Notes: generated from the letters alone by a model not told the origin. A stretch of DNA of 64,000 nucleotides from Anaeromyxobacteraceae bacterium (GCA_047602405.1 JASGHJ010000002.1:3200001-3264000), one strand, 5' to 3'; positions 49,909 through 62,229 are shown, counted from the first letter of the stretch. Program-made: numbers and translations.

Positions 49909-50605
49909 ATGGCGAACGTCTGGGCGACCAACGCGCCGCTCGCGAACCGCGTGAGCTGGGGTGCGCTCTTCGCGGGCTTCTTCTTCGGCTTCGGGGTGTG
50001 GCTCGTGCTGCTCGCGCTCGGCGCGGGCGTGGGCTTCGCGGCGGTGGACCCGCGCGACCCCGGCCAGTGGCAGAACATGGGGCTCGGCTTCGGCATCTGG
50101 GGCGTGGTCGCCGGCGTCGTGTCGATGTTCCTCGCCGGCTGGCTCGCCGCGCGGATGAGCGCGGCTGACGAGCGCTCCGCGGGCACGCTGCACGGCATGG
50201 CGGTGTGGGGCCTGATGGTGGTGGCGGGGATTCTGGATCGCGGCGACGGCGGTCGGGAAGACCGCGGGCGCCGCGGCGAGCGCGGCGGGCGGCGCGGCCC
50301 AGGCGGCTGGCCAGGCGGCCTCGGACCCCTCGGCCCGGCGCGAGGCGCAGGACCAGGCCGAGCGGCTCCGGGCACAGGCGCAGGGCGCGGTGGACCAGGC
50401 GCGGCAGAACGCCGGGGAGGCCGCGGACACCGCGCAGAAGGCCGGCACCGGCGCGTCCTGGGGCTTCTTCCTGTACGGCGTGCTCACGCTCGTCGCGGCC
50501 GCGCTCGGTGGCCGTACGGGCATCCCTCGCGAGCGCCGGCTGCCCACCGTGCGCGAGGAGGAGCGCGTCCCGCCCGGTGGTCCGCTCTCCCCGCAGCGCG
50601 CGTGA
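49909..50605 (+). CDS. Membrane protein, +1 frameshift near 50231
   Basis: RVSWGALFAG, FLAGWLAARM, LHGMAVWG; continues in another frame to ASWGFFLYGVL. Confidence 0.75.
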
Positions 50606-50749
50606 GCGGCGGCCCGCGAGCGGATCGGCCGCGCGCGGCCGTCGTGCGCGCGTGGGGGACCGGCCGCGGCGCGGCGCGGCCCGGACAAAGCTCGGGGCCG
50701 CTCGCGAACGGCGGGCGGCCCCGGGTACCTCCAGGGAGACTCGGAAGCG

Positions 50750-51673
50750 CTACGCGATCTGCCCCTCGGGCAGGGCGAACGGCGCGGCCTTGCGGCCCTC
50801 GGCGGCGTCGGCGCCCAGCGTGACGATGCGCCACGCGGACGGGTCGGCGAGGAGCCGGCGCACGAGCGCCTGGTTCATCGCGTGGCCGCTCTTCACGGCG
50901 ACGAGCGTGCCGACGATGGGCAGCCCGGCGAGCGCGAGGTCGCCGATCGCGTCGAGCACCTTGTGGCGCACGAACTCGTCCGGGAAGCGCAGCCCCTCGG
51001 GGTTCAGGATCGCGTACTCGTCGACCACGATCGCGTTCTCGAGGCTGCCGCCCTTCGCGAGGCCGGCCGCCTGCATCCGCTCGATGTCGCGGCGGAAGCA
51101 GAAGGTGCGGGCGCGCGAGATCTCGCGCTCGAAGCTGCGCTCGGTGACGGCGATGCGGAGCGGCTGGTTCGTGATGAGCGGGTGGTTGAAGTCGGCGCGG
51201 AAGTCGATCGTGAAGGCGTCGGAGGGCTCGAGGCGGGCGAGCTTGTCGCCGTCCTTCACCTCGACGGCCTTCTCGACCACGAGGTACCGGCGGGCGGCCT
51301 TCTGCAGCTTCACGCCCGCCTCCTGGACGAGCGCGACGAACGGCGCGGCGGAGCCGTCCAGGATCGGGATCTCGGGGCCCTCGACCTCGACGCGGCAGTT
51401 GTCGATGCCCATGCCGCCGAGCGCGGCGAGGACGTGCTCGACCGTGGCGACGCGGGCCTGGCCCACGCCGATCGTCGTCGAGAGCATCGTGTCCTGCACG
51501 TGCTCGTTGCGCGCCGGGATCTCGATGCCGAGGTCCATGCGCACGAACGTGATGCCGGCGCCGGGCGCGGCCGGGGCGAGCGTCAGCGACGCCGGCTTGC
51601 CGGAGTGGAGGCCCACGCCGGTGCAGGTGACGCGCTTCGCGACGGTGCGCTGGTTCTGGGGAAGGTTCGTCAC
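50750..51673 (-). CDS. lpxC: UDP-3-O-acyl-GlcNAc deacetylase
   Basis: GVGLHSG, TVEHVLAAL, DGSA, ARTF, HKVLDAIGDL, KSGH. Confidence 0.96.
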   Translation of the reverse strand: MTNLPQNQRTVAKRVTCTGVGLHSGKPASLTLAPAAPGAGITFVRMDLGIEIPARNEHVQDTMLSTTIGVGQARVATVEHVLAALGGMGIDNCRVEVEGPEIPILDGSAAPFVALVQEAGVKLQKAARRYLVVEKAVEVKDGDKLARLEPSDAFTIDFRADFNHPLITNQPLRIAVTERSFEREISRARTFCFRRDIERMQAAGLAKGGSLENAIVVDEYAILNPEGLRFPDEFVRHKVLDAIGDLALAGLPIVGTLVAVKSGHAMNQALVRRLLADPSAWRIVTLGADAAEGRKAAPFALPEGQIA

Positions 51674-51789
51674 GGTCTCGTTCCGGGCTGCCGGGGGATC
51701 GCTTGCGGGTGCTGCTGGACGGAGGGGACAGCCGTGCCGGGTGGCTTTACTACCCCGAGACGGGAATCCCTCCGAGGGTCCAGATGTTG

Positions 51790-51805
51790 AGCAATCCACG
51801 TGCCA
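51790..51805 (-). promoter_or_regulatory. Sigma-54 -24/-12 promoter upstream of lpxC
   Basis: TGGCACG-TGGA-TTGCT on minus strand, ~117 nt from the start codon. Confidence 0.75.
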
Positions 51806-52036
51806 CCCGGCCGGGAATCCGGTCGCTCCGACGCCTGCCGGGGTCCACGACGCAATGGGACGAGATCACGAAGGATTTCGTTCCCGATCCCCCACACACA
51901 CCCACCGTAAATCCTACCCGGGGGCCCGGACCCTTCGGGGCGCTTCCGGACCGCGACATCCGTGTCGTGGCGAGGCGCCACGATCGGGTTTTTCGAGGGG
52001 GGTTCCGCTAGGTTCGGGTGAGGAGTCCGCCGACCC

Positions 52037-52729
52037 GTGATCCCACTCAAGGATGACAACCCCATCGACCGCACACCGGTCGTCACCTACGCCCTCGTCG
52101 CCGCGAACGTGGCCGCCTGGCTGCTCTGGCAGTGGCCGATGGGCGTGCAGGAGTCGGTGCTGCGGGGCGGCGCGATCCCCTACGAGATCTACACCTTCTC
52201 CGACGTCGAGCTGCGCGACGTGGTGCGGCCGCCGTTCACGATCTTCACGAGCATGTTCCTCCACGGTGGGTGGATGCATATCGCGTCCAACATGCTCTTC
52301 CTCTGGATCTTCGGGAACAACGTCGAGGACGCGCTCGGACGGGCGCGGTTCGTCGCGTTCTACCTCGCCTCCGGCGTCGCCGCGGCGCTCGCGCAGATGG
52401 TGGTGATGATCCTGACCGGCGAGATCTACACGCCCATGGTCGGCGCGAGCGGCGCGATCGCCGGGGTGCTCGCGGCGTACCTCGTGCTCTTCCCGCACGC
52501 GCGGGTGCTCACGCTCGTCATCGTCGTGTTCTTCCCCCTGCGCACCGTGCTACCGGCGTTCCTGCTCATCGGGTTCTGGTTCGCGACCCAGGTGTTCTCG
52601 CTGCTCTTCGGGAGCGGCCAGTCCGGGGTCGCGGTCATGGCGCACGTCGCCGGCTTCGTCGCCGGCTTCGTGCTCGTCCGGGTGATGGGCCGCCGGCCCG
52701 CGTGGCGGGCGCGCCGGGTGGCGTGGTGA
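52037..52729 (+). CDS. Rhomboid intramembrane protease
   Basis: FLHGGWMH, NMLFL, GASG, AHVAG. Confidence 0.93.
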   Translation: MIPLKDDNPIDRTPVVTYALVAANVAAWLLWQWPMGVQESVLRGGAIPYEIYTFSDVELRDVVRPPFTIFTSMFLHGGWMHIASNMLFLWIFGNNVEDALGRARFVAFYLASGVAAALAQMVVMILTGEIYTPMVGASGAIAGVLAAYLVLFPHARVLTLVIVVFFPLRTVLPAFLLIGFWFATQVFSLLFGSGQSGVAVMAHVAGFVAGFVLVRVMGRRPAWRARRVAW

Positions 52730-52745
52730 GACGCGCCGCGGTGAG

Positions 52746-53774
52746 CTACAGCAGATCGCCCTGCTTGCCCCGCGGACGCTCGCGGCCCAGGTGCTCGTAG
52801 GCCGCCGGGAGCGCCACGCGGCCGCGCGGCGTGCGCGCGAGGTAGCCCTCGCGCACGAGGAAGGGCTCGTAGACGTCCTCGATGGTGCCGCCCTCCTCGC
52901 CCACCGCCGCCGCGACGGCGTCGATGCCCACCGGGCCGCCGCCGAAGACGTCGAGCACGACCGCGAGGATGCGCCGGTCCATGGCGTCGAGCCCCTTCGC
53001 GTCGACCTCGAGCCGCGACAGCGTCCGCTCCACGATCTTGCGGGTGATGTCGCCGTCGCCCTCGACCTGGGCGAAGTCGCGGGCGCGCTGCAGCAGCCGG
53101 ATCGCGATGCGGGGCGTGCCGCGGGCGCGCCGCGAGAGCTCGTCGGCGGCCTCGCGCTCGACGGGGACACCGAGCTTCCGGGCCGCGCGCTCGGCGATCT
53201 CGCGGAGCTCCGCGGGCTCGTAGTAGGCGAGCCGCTCCTGGATGGGGAACCGGTCGCGCAGCGGGCTCGCGAGGAGCCCGGTGCGCGTGGTGGCGCCGAC
53301 GAGGGTGAACCGCTCGAGCTTCATCTCCATCGTCTGCGCGCCGAGGCCCGCGCCCAGCACGACGTCGAAGCGGAAGTCCTCCATCGCCGGGTAGAGGGCC
53401 TCCTCGACCGCGGGCGAGAGCCGGTGGACCTCGTCGATGAAGAGGATGTCGCGCGGCGCGAGCGCGGTGAGGAGGCCGGCGAGGTCGCCCTTCTTCACGA
53501 GGGCGGGGCCGCTCGTCACGTGCAGCGCGACGCCGAGCTCGCGGGCGAGGATGTGCGCGAGCGAGGTCTTGCCGAGGCCGGGAGGCCCGGAGAGGAGGAC
53601 GTGGTCGAGCGCCTCGCCGCGCGTGCGGGCGGCGCGGGCGTAGACCTTGAAGTTCTCGACGATCTTCTCCTGCCCGACGTACTCCTCGAACGTCGCGGGC
53701 CGGAGCGACTGCTCGAGCCGCTCCTCCCCGTCCTTCGCGCCGGGGGACACCTCTCGCACGGGCTTCACCGTCAC
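52746..53774 (-). CDS. ruvB: Holliday junction helicase RuvB
   Basis: [24 protein letters not shown]. Confidence 0.98.
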   Translation of the reverse strand: MTVKPVREVSPGAKDGEERLEQSLRPATFEEYVGQEKIVENFKVYARAARTRGEALDHVLLSGPPGLGKTSLAHILARELGVALHVTSGPALVKKGDLAGLLTALAPRDILFIDEVHRLSPAVEEALYPAMEDFRFDVVLGAGLGAQTMEMKLERFTLVGATTRTGLLASPLRDRFPIQERLAYYEPAELREIAERAARKLGVPVEREAADELSRRARGTPRIAIRLLQRARDFAQVEGDGDITRKIVERTLSRLEVDAKGLDAMDRRILAVVLDVFGGGPVGIDAVAAAVGEEGGTIEDVYEPFLVREGYLARTPRGRVALPAAYEHLGRERPRGKQGDLL

Positions 53775-53856
53775 GGCGCGAGGGTATCACGGGGGGCCGA
53801 CTGCGCCGGCCAACCCGGCGTGGGTGCCCCGGCGGAACGAGGGACGCCGGCGGCGG

Positions 53857-54447
53857 TCAGCCACGCAGCCGCTTCAGGGCCTCGCGGAGGAGCTCGTCGA
53901 GCCGCTTGCCCTCGGCCTCGTCGCGGAGCGCCTCGCGCACCTGCTCCGCCTGCGCGGGCTTGTAGCCGAGGTTGACGAGCGCCTGCTCGAGCTGGTCGAG
54001 CACGCCGCCGCCGGCCTTCGGCGCCGGGCCGGCCGCGCGCGCGAGGACCGCGAGCTTCTCCTTCAGCTCGACGACGAGCCGCTCGGCGGTCTTCTTGCCG
54101 ACGCCGGGGACCTTCGTGAGCCGGGCGACGTCGCCTTGCGCGATCGCCTGGGCGAGGTCGCGCGGCTCGATGCCGGAGAGGATGTTCTGCGCCGCGCGCG
54201 GGCCGACGCCCTTCACCTCGATGAGCGCGCGGAACACCGACTCCTCGTCCTCGGTCGCGAAGCCGAAGAGATCGATCGCGTCCTGCTTCACGTTCGTGTA
54301 CGTGCGCAGCGTCGCCTTCGCGCCCGCGCCCGGGAGCGCCGCGGAGGTGGCGGCCGAGACGTGCACGAGGTAACCGACCCCGCCCACGTCGATGACGAGC
54401 CGCTCGGGGTCTTTCTCGAGGAGGGTGCCGGTGAGCCGCGCGATCAC
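53857..54447 (-). CDS. ruvA: Holliday junction protein RuvA
   Basis: [28 protein letters not shown]. Confidence 0.97.
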   Translation of the reverse strand: MIARLTGTLLEKDPERLVIDVGGVGYLVHVSAATSAALPGAGAKATLRTYTNVKQDAIDLFGFATEDEESVFRALIEVKGVGPRAAQNILSGIEPRDLAQAIAQGDVARLTKVPGVGKKTAERLVVELKEKLAVLARAAGPAPKAGGGVLDQLEQALVNLGYKPAQAEQVREALRDEAEGKRLDELLREALKRLRG

Positions 54448-55073
54448 GGGGCGGCCCTCCGGTGGTCGCGGCGCGACGGCCGGAGCCGGGCGAGCACCTC
54501 CGGCGGCGGCTTCGCGGCGCGGGGCAGCGTGCGGCCGCGGGCGGGCGCGGCGGCGGCCGGCCCGGCCCCGCGGGCGCCCGGCGCGGCGACGCGGGCGGGC
54601 ACGGCGGCGAGCGCGCGGCGGCGGGAGAGGTGGCAGACCGCGATGGCGAGGGCGTCGGCCTCGTCGGCGAGGCGCGGCGTCGCGCCGAGCAGGAGGCGGG
54701 CGGTGCGGAGCATCTGGTCCTTGGAGGCGCGTCCACTGCCGGTGAAGGCGAGCTTCACCTCGGCGGGCGCGTACTCGTGCACGACCAGGCCGGCCTGGGC
54801 GGCCGCCGCGAGCGCGACCCCGCGGGCCTGGCCGAGGACGAGCGCCGAGCGGGCGGAGGTGCCGGAGAAGACCTGCTCGACCGAGACCTCCTGCGGCCGG
54901 GTGCGCCGGATGAGCTCGGAGAGCCCGGTGAGGATGGCCCCGAGGCGCTCCGGCATGGGCCGGTCCCCCGGGGCGAGGACGCCGGACTCGAGGACCACGA
55001 GGCGCCCGCCTTGACGCGCCACGACACCGTAGCCGCAGCGCCGGGAGCCGGGGTCGATGCCGAGGACGATCAC
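54444..55073 (-). CDS. ruvC: Crossover junction endonuclease RuvC
   Basis: [25 protein letters not shown]; Ala/Pro/Arg-rich tail. Confidence 0.96.
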   Translation of the reverse strand: MIVLGIDPGSRRCGYGVVARQGGRLVVLESGVLAPGDRPMPERLGAILTGLSELIRRTRPQEVSVEQVFSGTSARSALVLGQARGVALAAAAQAGLVVHEYAPAEVKLAFTGSGRASKDQMLRTARLLLGATPRLADEADALAIAVCHLSRRRALAAVPARVAAPGARGAGPAAAAPARGRTLPRAAKPPPEVLARLRPSRRDHRRAAP

Positions 55074-55184
55074 GGCGCGAATGTAGCAGACGGGCCGGAC
55101 GGGGCGAGGAAACCGGCGCGGTCCGGGGCTCCGCCGGTGTACGATCCGCCTCGAGCGCCCCTGTCTCCCGCTGGACCCCATCCG

Positions 55185-55643
55185 ATGACTCCGGAACCCG
55201 ACGCGCGCCGCACCGCCATCATCCTCTGGGGAGCCCTGCTCTCCGGCTGCCTCGCCTTCTTCGGCGTCGCGGCGTACCTGCGCGCGAGCGGCGCGATGGA
55301 GCACGCGACGGTGCCGCCCGCGCTCGGGCTGCTCGCGCTTGGACTCTCCGTTGCCCTCCTCGCGGCGTCGTTCGCGGTGCCGCGTCGGCTCGCCCCCGGC
55401 GGCCCGCCCGAGACGGTCGCGCGCGTGCGCCTGCTCGTGGGATGGGCGCTGCGCGAGGCGGCGGCCATGCTCGGCACGACCGTGTGGCTCGTGTGTGGGC
55501 ACGTGCCGGCGCTCGCGGCGTTCGTGATCGCGGTCGCGGCGCTCGCGGCCACGGCGCCGACCGAGGCGCGCTGGCGGGACGCCCTGGCGGCGGCCGGCGA
55601 TCGCGCGCCGGGCGGGCGGCAGCCCGGGCCCGCCGCGCGCTGA
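55185..55643 (+). CDS. Hypothetical membrane protein
   Basis: About four hydrophobic helices, WALRE. Confidence 0.65.
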   Translation: MTPEPDARRTAIILWGALLSGCLAFFGVAAYLRASGAMEHATVPPALGLLALGLSVALLAASFAVPRRLAPGGPPETVARVRLLVGWALREAAAMLGTTVWLVCGHVPALAAFVIAVAALAATAPTEARWRDALAAAGDRAPGGRQPGPAAR

Positions 55644-55715
55644 GGACCCTGGCCGGCTGCGACCCGGCGTGTGCGCGGCTGGCGCGCGCGTGGCCGTTCG
55701 TGGTTCCCTCGGCGG

Positions 55716-57002
55716 ATGGCCGACGACGTCCACCTCGACTCCAACGTCCCCGGGAACCCCGCGTACCACTTCACCATCCTGCCCCCCGGCTCCGCCGCGA
55801 AGGCCGGGTGGAAGGAGCGCGCGCCGCTCGTCGCGGGCGCGGGCGACGCGACCCGGTGCGTCCACGCGGGCGTGCAGCCCGACCCGTCCTACGGCGCCGT
55901 GATGCCGCCGATCTACCAGACGTCCACGTTCGCGTTCCGCGACGTCTGCACGAACGCCGGCTACGACTACACGCGCAGCGGCAACCCGACGCGCGCCGCG
56001 CTCGAGGAGGCCATCGCGGTGCTCGAGGGCGGCGGCGGCGCGACCTGCACGGCGACCGGCATGAGCGCGGTGCTGGTGGCGCTGAACCTCCTGCCCGCCG
56101 GGAGCCACATCCTCGCGACCGTCGACTGCTACGGCGGCACCTTCCGGCTGCTCGAGCACGAGAAGGCGGCGCACGGGCTGGAGGTGACGTACCTCGACCT
56201 CGCCGACCTCGCGGCGGTCGAGGCGGCGTTCCGGCCGAACACGCGGATGGTGTGGGTCGAGACGCCGTCGAACCCGCTGCTCCGGCTCACCGACGTGCGC
56301 GCGGTGTCCGCGCTCGCGCGGGCGCGCGGGGCGCTGACCGTGGTGGACAACACGTTCCTCTCGCCGGTGCTGCAGAAGCCGTTCGAGCTCGGCGCGGACC
56401 TCGTCGTGCACTCGACGACGAAGTACCTGAACGGCCACTCGGACGTGGTGGGCGGGTGCGTGGTGGCGGCCGGCGGGCCCGGGCGGACGGCGCTCCTGCA
56501 GCGGATCCAGAGCGTGAACAACCTGCTCGGCACGTCGCAGAGCCCGCACGACGCGTTCCTGGTGCTGCGCGGGCTGAAGACGCTGCTCGTGCGGATGCGG
56601 GCGCACGAGGCCGGCGCGATGGTGGTGGCGCGGTGGCTCGCCGCGCACCCCGCGGTGGCGAAGGTGTTCTACCCCGGCCTCGAGAGCCACCCGCAGCACG
56701 CGCTCGCGCGGGCGCAGCAGAAGGGGTTCGGCGCGATGCTGTCGTTCGAGCTGCGGGACGGGCGGCCGGAGCGGGTGAACCACGTGCTGACGACGCTGCG
56801 CTGGTTCACGCTCGCCGAGTCGCTCGGCGGCGTGGAGAGCCTGGTGGCGCACCCGGCGTCGATGACGCACGCGTCGATGACGCCCGAGGCGCGCCGGCGG
56901 GCGGGGATCACCGACTCGGTGATCCGGCTGTCGATCGGGATCGAGGACCCCGCGGACCTCGTGGGGGACCTGGAGCGGGCGCTGGGGACGTTGCCGGGGT
57001 AG
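55716..57002 (+). CDS. Cystathionine gamma-synthase/lyase family PLP enzyme (MetB-like)
   Basis: PIYQTSTF, YTRSGNPT, ETPSNP, HSTTKYLNGHSD, AESLGGVESL. Confidence 0.92.
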   Translation: MADDVHLDSNVPGNPAYHFTILPPGSAAKAGWKERAPLVAGAGDATRCVHAGVQPDPSYGAVMPPIYQTSTFAFRDVCTNAGYDYTRSGNPTRAALEEAIAVLEGGGGATCTATGMSAVLVALNLLPAGSHILATVDCYGGTFRLLEHEKAAHGLEVTYLDLADLAAVEAAFRPNTRMVWVETPSNPLLRLTDVRAVSALARARGALTVVDNTFLSPVLQKPFELGADLVVHSTTKYLNGHSDVVGGCVVAAGGPGRTALLQRIQSVNNLLGTSQSPHDAFLVLRGLKTLLVRMRAHEAGAMVVARWLAAHPAVAKVFYPGLESHPQHALARAQQKGFGAMLSFELRDGRPERVNHVLTTLRWFTLAESLGGVESLVAHPASMTHASMTPEARRRAGITDSVIRLSIGIEDPADLVGDLERALGTLPG

Positions 57003-57162
57003 GTGGCCCGGCTCCCGCTCCGCCCCCCTACCCCCGATCCCCCCCTTCCCCAGAGGTCCGCCGATTGGACGGTGGTCCGCGGAACGGCCGGCGTGCGGGT
57101 GGCGGGGACCTGGGAATCCAGGGAGTTGGGAGCGGCACGGTGCGTGGAATGCGGGGGAGGCC

Positions 57163-58053
57163 ATGACCGCTCCCCGCCAGATCCTCCCGGGCAAGACCTA
57201 CCTGTTCACCCGCCGCTGCCTGCACCGGCTCTTCCTCATGGTGCCCTCCGTGCGGCTCAACAACGCCTTCGGCTACCTCCTCGCCGTCGCCGCCCGGCGC
57301 CACAAGATCGAGCTTCACGCTTGGTGCGTCGTCTCCAACCACTACCACCTGATCCTCTCCGACCCCTTCGCTCAGCTCCCGCGCTTCGCCCAGGAGCTGA
57401 ACATGAACCTCGCGCTCTTCCTCAACACCCTCCACGAACGCTTCGAGTCGGCCTGGGCCCCTGGGAGCTACAGCGCGGTCTCGCTCGAGGACGAGGGCTC
57501 CGTCATCGCGAAGGCGGCCTACACGCTCGCGAACCCGGTCGCGGCGGGGCTCGTCGAGCACGGCAGCCACTGGCCGGGGCTCTGGTCCTCGCTCGAGGAA
57601 CTCGGCACGGGGCGCGAGTACGAGCGGCCGGAGATGTTCTTCTCGAAGGACGGGAACATGCCCGATCGCGCCGTGCTCGCGCTCGTGCCGCCGAAGGGCT
57701 TCTCGGCGGCGCGGTACCGCGAATCGGTGAAGGGCGCGCTCGCGGCGCTCGAGAAGCAGGCGGCGCGCACCGAGGACGGCGAGCGGCGCAAGTTCGCGGG
57801 GCTGCGGCGGGTGCTCCGGCAGCAGTGGTGGCAGCATCCGGCCGGGAAGGAACCGCCGAGCAAGCTCAACCCGAAGATCGCGGCGTCCGACCGGTGGAAG
57901 CGGATCGAGGCGCAGCAGCAGCTGAAGGCGTTCCAGGACGCGTACCGCAAGGCCTTCGAGCTGTTCCGCAAGGGCATGTGGAACGTCGTGTTCCCGCCCG
58001 GCACCTGGGCCATGGGCGCCGTGCTCGGCGCCGCCTGCGCCCCGCCCGTCTAG
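57163..58053 (+). mobile_element. Y1 HUH transposase, RAYT/TnpA(REP)-like
   Basis: YLFTRRC, SNHYHL (HUH), YTLANPVAAGLV, WPGL; GGAGG RBS. Confidence 0.85.
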
Positions 58054-58083
58054 CGCGGGCCGTCCCGACCTCCGAAACTCACC

Positions 58084-58110
58084 GACTGCTCCGGCGGCGC
58101 CGGAGCGGTC
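58084..58110. other. 12-bp hairpin after the transposase (terminator or REP-like)
   Basis: GACTGCTCCGGC-GGC-GCCGGAGCGGTC with one G-U pair. Confidence 0.45.
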
Positions 58111-58251
58111 TGCCTCCGTTTCACCGCGAAGCAGTGTCGAAAGCGGCGGCGCAAGCCGGCTCGTCGAAACTGCGCGAGCACAACGGCCGAAGCCGACGCT
58201 GAAGCCGCTCCGGGGGCCCTGCCGGCCCCGCCCGAACCCTGGAAACGGGGG

Positions 58252-58294
58252 AGCCTCTGGGGTTGGGGGGGGGAGCCTCTGGGGTTGGGGGGGG
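58252..58294 (+). repeat. Two tandem copies of AGCCTCTGGGGTTG(8-9)
   Basis: Units at 58252-58273 and 58274-58294. Confidence 0.8.
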
Positions 58295-58313
58295 AGGCGG
58301 GGAGTATCGGGCC

Positions 58314-59573
58314 CTACTTGACCAGCCGGAGCTCCACGGTGTTCGCGGACATCCCGGTCACCTCGATCCTCCTGCCCTTCACCACCTTCTCCTCCAGCTC
58401 CGTCGCGAAGGCCTGCGAGCCGCCCTGCACCGTCGCGTCCAGGTCCGCGGTCCCGCCGCCGAACCGGCGCTGCTGGACGTCCTTCACCCCGCGGACCTCG
58501 CTCTTCAGGAACCCCACGAGGCCGTTCAGCACGCCGAGCGTCTCCACGCCGCTCGCCTTGATCGTGATCCGGGAGCCCTGGTCGAGCTGCCTCGTCCACG
58601 TCGCGAGCAGCTTCCCCTCGAGGGCGCCGGCGAGCTGCTTCGTCGCCTCCTCCGTCGCCTTCCGGCCGCAGGCGAGCGGGCTCTTGTCGTACGACCTCGC
58701 GTTCGTCTCCTCCGTCGCGAGCACCTCGCCGTTGTCGGCGTTGATCGCCCGCACCGACAGGGTCGCCGTGCACGTCGCCCCGGTCACCTTCGAGATCAGC
58801 CCGGCGCCGAGCGTCTCGGCCATGCCGGACACGTCGTGCTCCTTCGTCGCCACCACGCTCCCGGTGATCACCACGTCGCAGCCGGACAGGTTCTTGATCT
58901 CCCGGAGCTGCTCGGCGTTCAGGTCGGCGGTCACCACCCCCGCCTGCCGCACCACGCCGGCGAGCGCGTCCATGTCGATGAACGTGAACCCCTTCGGCTG
59001 CCAGAGCGACATGAACACGTTCTCGGCGACGCGCTGGTCGAGCTTCAGCCCGCCCGCGGCGGCGCCGTGGCCGCCCTGGTCGCCCCACCACGCGGCCGGC
59101 TTGATCTCGTCGATGCGCTGCTCGGCGATGAGGAGCGCCACCCGCGGCATCCCCTTGCGCCCCAGGGCGATCCCGATCGCCTCGAGGTCGTTCTCGAGCG
59201 CGTCGGCGCCGACCTTCGCCTTCACCGTGACCTGCACCGCGCCGGCCGCCTCCTTCGTCCCCGTCACCGAGTACCCGCGCACGTACCCTCGGGAGCGGGT
59301 CAGGATCCGGTCCTTCACGAGCTGCGAGTTCCTCACCTCGGTCTCGCTCGACACGAGCGTCCCGATCGCCTGCTCCACCGCGCGCCGGAGCGCGTCCTCG
59401 GTGGCGCGGTCGCGCGCGAGCGCGCGGTTGCCGCCGACGATGGCGGCCTCGCCGGTCGCCTCGACCTCGAGCGGCTCGGCGGCGGAGGCGGCGGAGGCGG
59501 ACGCGCCCGCCGCGCCCGCGAACGGAAGCGGCGCGAACGCCAGGACGCAGCACAGGGCCAGGTGAGCTCTCAT
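58314..59573 (-). CDS. Secreted protein with FlgT N-terminal-like domain
   Basis: Signal peptide; ATGEAAI..ARDRATEDALRRAVEQAIG. Confidence 0.7.
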   Translation of the reverse strand: MRAHLALCCVLAFAPLPFAGAAGASASAASAAEPLEVEATGEAAIVGGNRALARDRATEDALRRAVEQAIGTLVSSETEVRNSQLVKDRILTRSRGYVRGYSVTGTKEAAGAVQVTVKAKVGADALENDLEAIGIALGRKGMPRVALLIAEQRIDEIKPAAWWGDQGGHGAAAGGLKLDQRVAENVFMSLWQPKGFTFIDMDALAGVVRQAGVVTADLNAEQLREIKNLSGCDVVITGSVVATKEHDVSGMAETLGAGLISKVTGATCTATLSVRAINADNGEVLATEETNARSYDKSPLACGRKATEEATKQLAGALEGKLLATWTRQLDQGSRITIKASGVETLGVLNGLVGFLKSEVRGVKDVQQRRFGGGTADLDATVQGGSQAFATELEEKVVKGRRIEVTGMSANTVELRLVK

Positions 59574-59621
59574 GATGTGATGTCCCTCCGCCGGATCCAG
59601 GACCCCGGCGCCGGCCGCACT

Positions 59622-60491
59622 CTATCGCGAGGCCAGCCGCCCCGCGATGCCCGCCTCGCCGAGGAGCGCCTCGAGCTTCCGGAGCGGGTCCGTCCGGACG
59701 CCGCGCCAGCGCAGCGCCTCGAGGTCCTCCTCGAGCGGCACGTCGGTCCGGAGCGTCGCGAGCGTCCGGTACAGCACCGCGTCCTTCAACCCCGCCCGCA
59801 GGCTCGCGCCCAGCGCCGCGGCGCCGCGCACCGGCACCTCCCACGCCCGCTCGTCCGCCGGGATCGCCTCGAGCTTGCCCCACCGCGCGAGCACCACCGC
59901 GGCGGACTTCTCGCCCCACCGCTCGAGGCCGGGGATGCCGTCCGCGGTGTCGCCCACGAGCGCGAGCCAGTCGGGGATCGACGCGGGCGAGACGCCGAAC
60001 TTCGCGCGCACGCCGTCCTCGTCGAGCAGCTTGCGCCGGAGGCGATTGAAGCCGACCACCCGGTCGCCGCGCACGCACTGGGCGAGGTCCTTGTCCGGCG
60101 TGCACACGAGCACCTGCTCGACGCCGGGCGCCGCGGCGAACCGCGCGGCGCCGGTGGCGAGCGCGTCGTCGGCCTCGAACTCGACCATCGACCAGACCAC
60201 GACGCCGAGCGCCTGGGCCGCGAGCTCGGCGAGCTCGAACTGCGCGAGGAGCTCGGGCGGCACGCCCTCCGAGGTCTTGTACCCGTCGAAGAGCCGGTTG
60301 CGGAACGACTCGATGACGTGGTCGAACGCGACCGCGACGTGCGTGACGCCCGGCTCGCGCAGGAGCGCGGTCAGCGATTGCACGAGCCCGCGCGTGGCGC
60401 CGACCTCGTTGCCGCCCGGCCCGCGGGCGGGGGGCGAGCCGAAGTGGGCGCGGAACAGCTCGTAGGTGCCGTCGACGAGGTGGACCTTCAC
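59622..60491 (-). CDS. Stand-alone 5'-3' exonuclease/flap endonuclease
   Basis: HLVDGT, FEADD, DKDL, LVGDTADGIPG. Confidence 0.92.
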   Translation of the reverse strand: MKVHLVDGTYELFRAHFGSPPARGPGGNEVGATRGLVQSLTALLREPGVTHVAVAFDHVIESFRNRLFDGYKTSEGVPPELLAQFELAELAAQALGVVVWSMVEFEADDALATGAARFAAAPGVEQVLVCTPDKDLAQCVRGDRVVGFNRLRRKLLDEDGVRAKFGVSPASIPDWLALVGDTADGIPGLERWGEKSAAVVLARWGKLEAIPADERAWEVPVRGAAALGASLRAGLKDAVLYRTLATLRTDVPLEEDLEALRWRGVRTDPLRKLEALLGEAGIAGRLASR

Positions 60492-60662
60492 GTCCACCGA
60501 CGATGGCACACCGCGCCCACACAGGTACACGGAACGTGCGGAAACTCCCGCCTTCCGTGGGGCCCGTCACGGGGGCATCCCCGAACGGGATCGGTGGGGA
60601 ACGGACCCACGTTTCACGTCCACTTATAGGAGCCGGGGTTTCCTGGGCGGGGAGACGAGACG

Positions 60663-62225
<1,563 letters not shown>

Positions 62226-62229
<4 letters not shown>

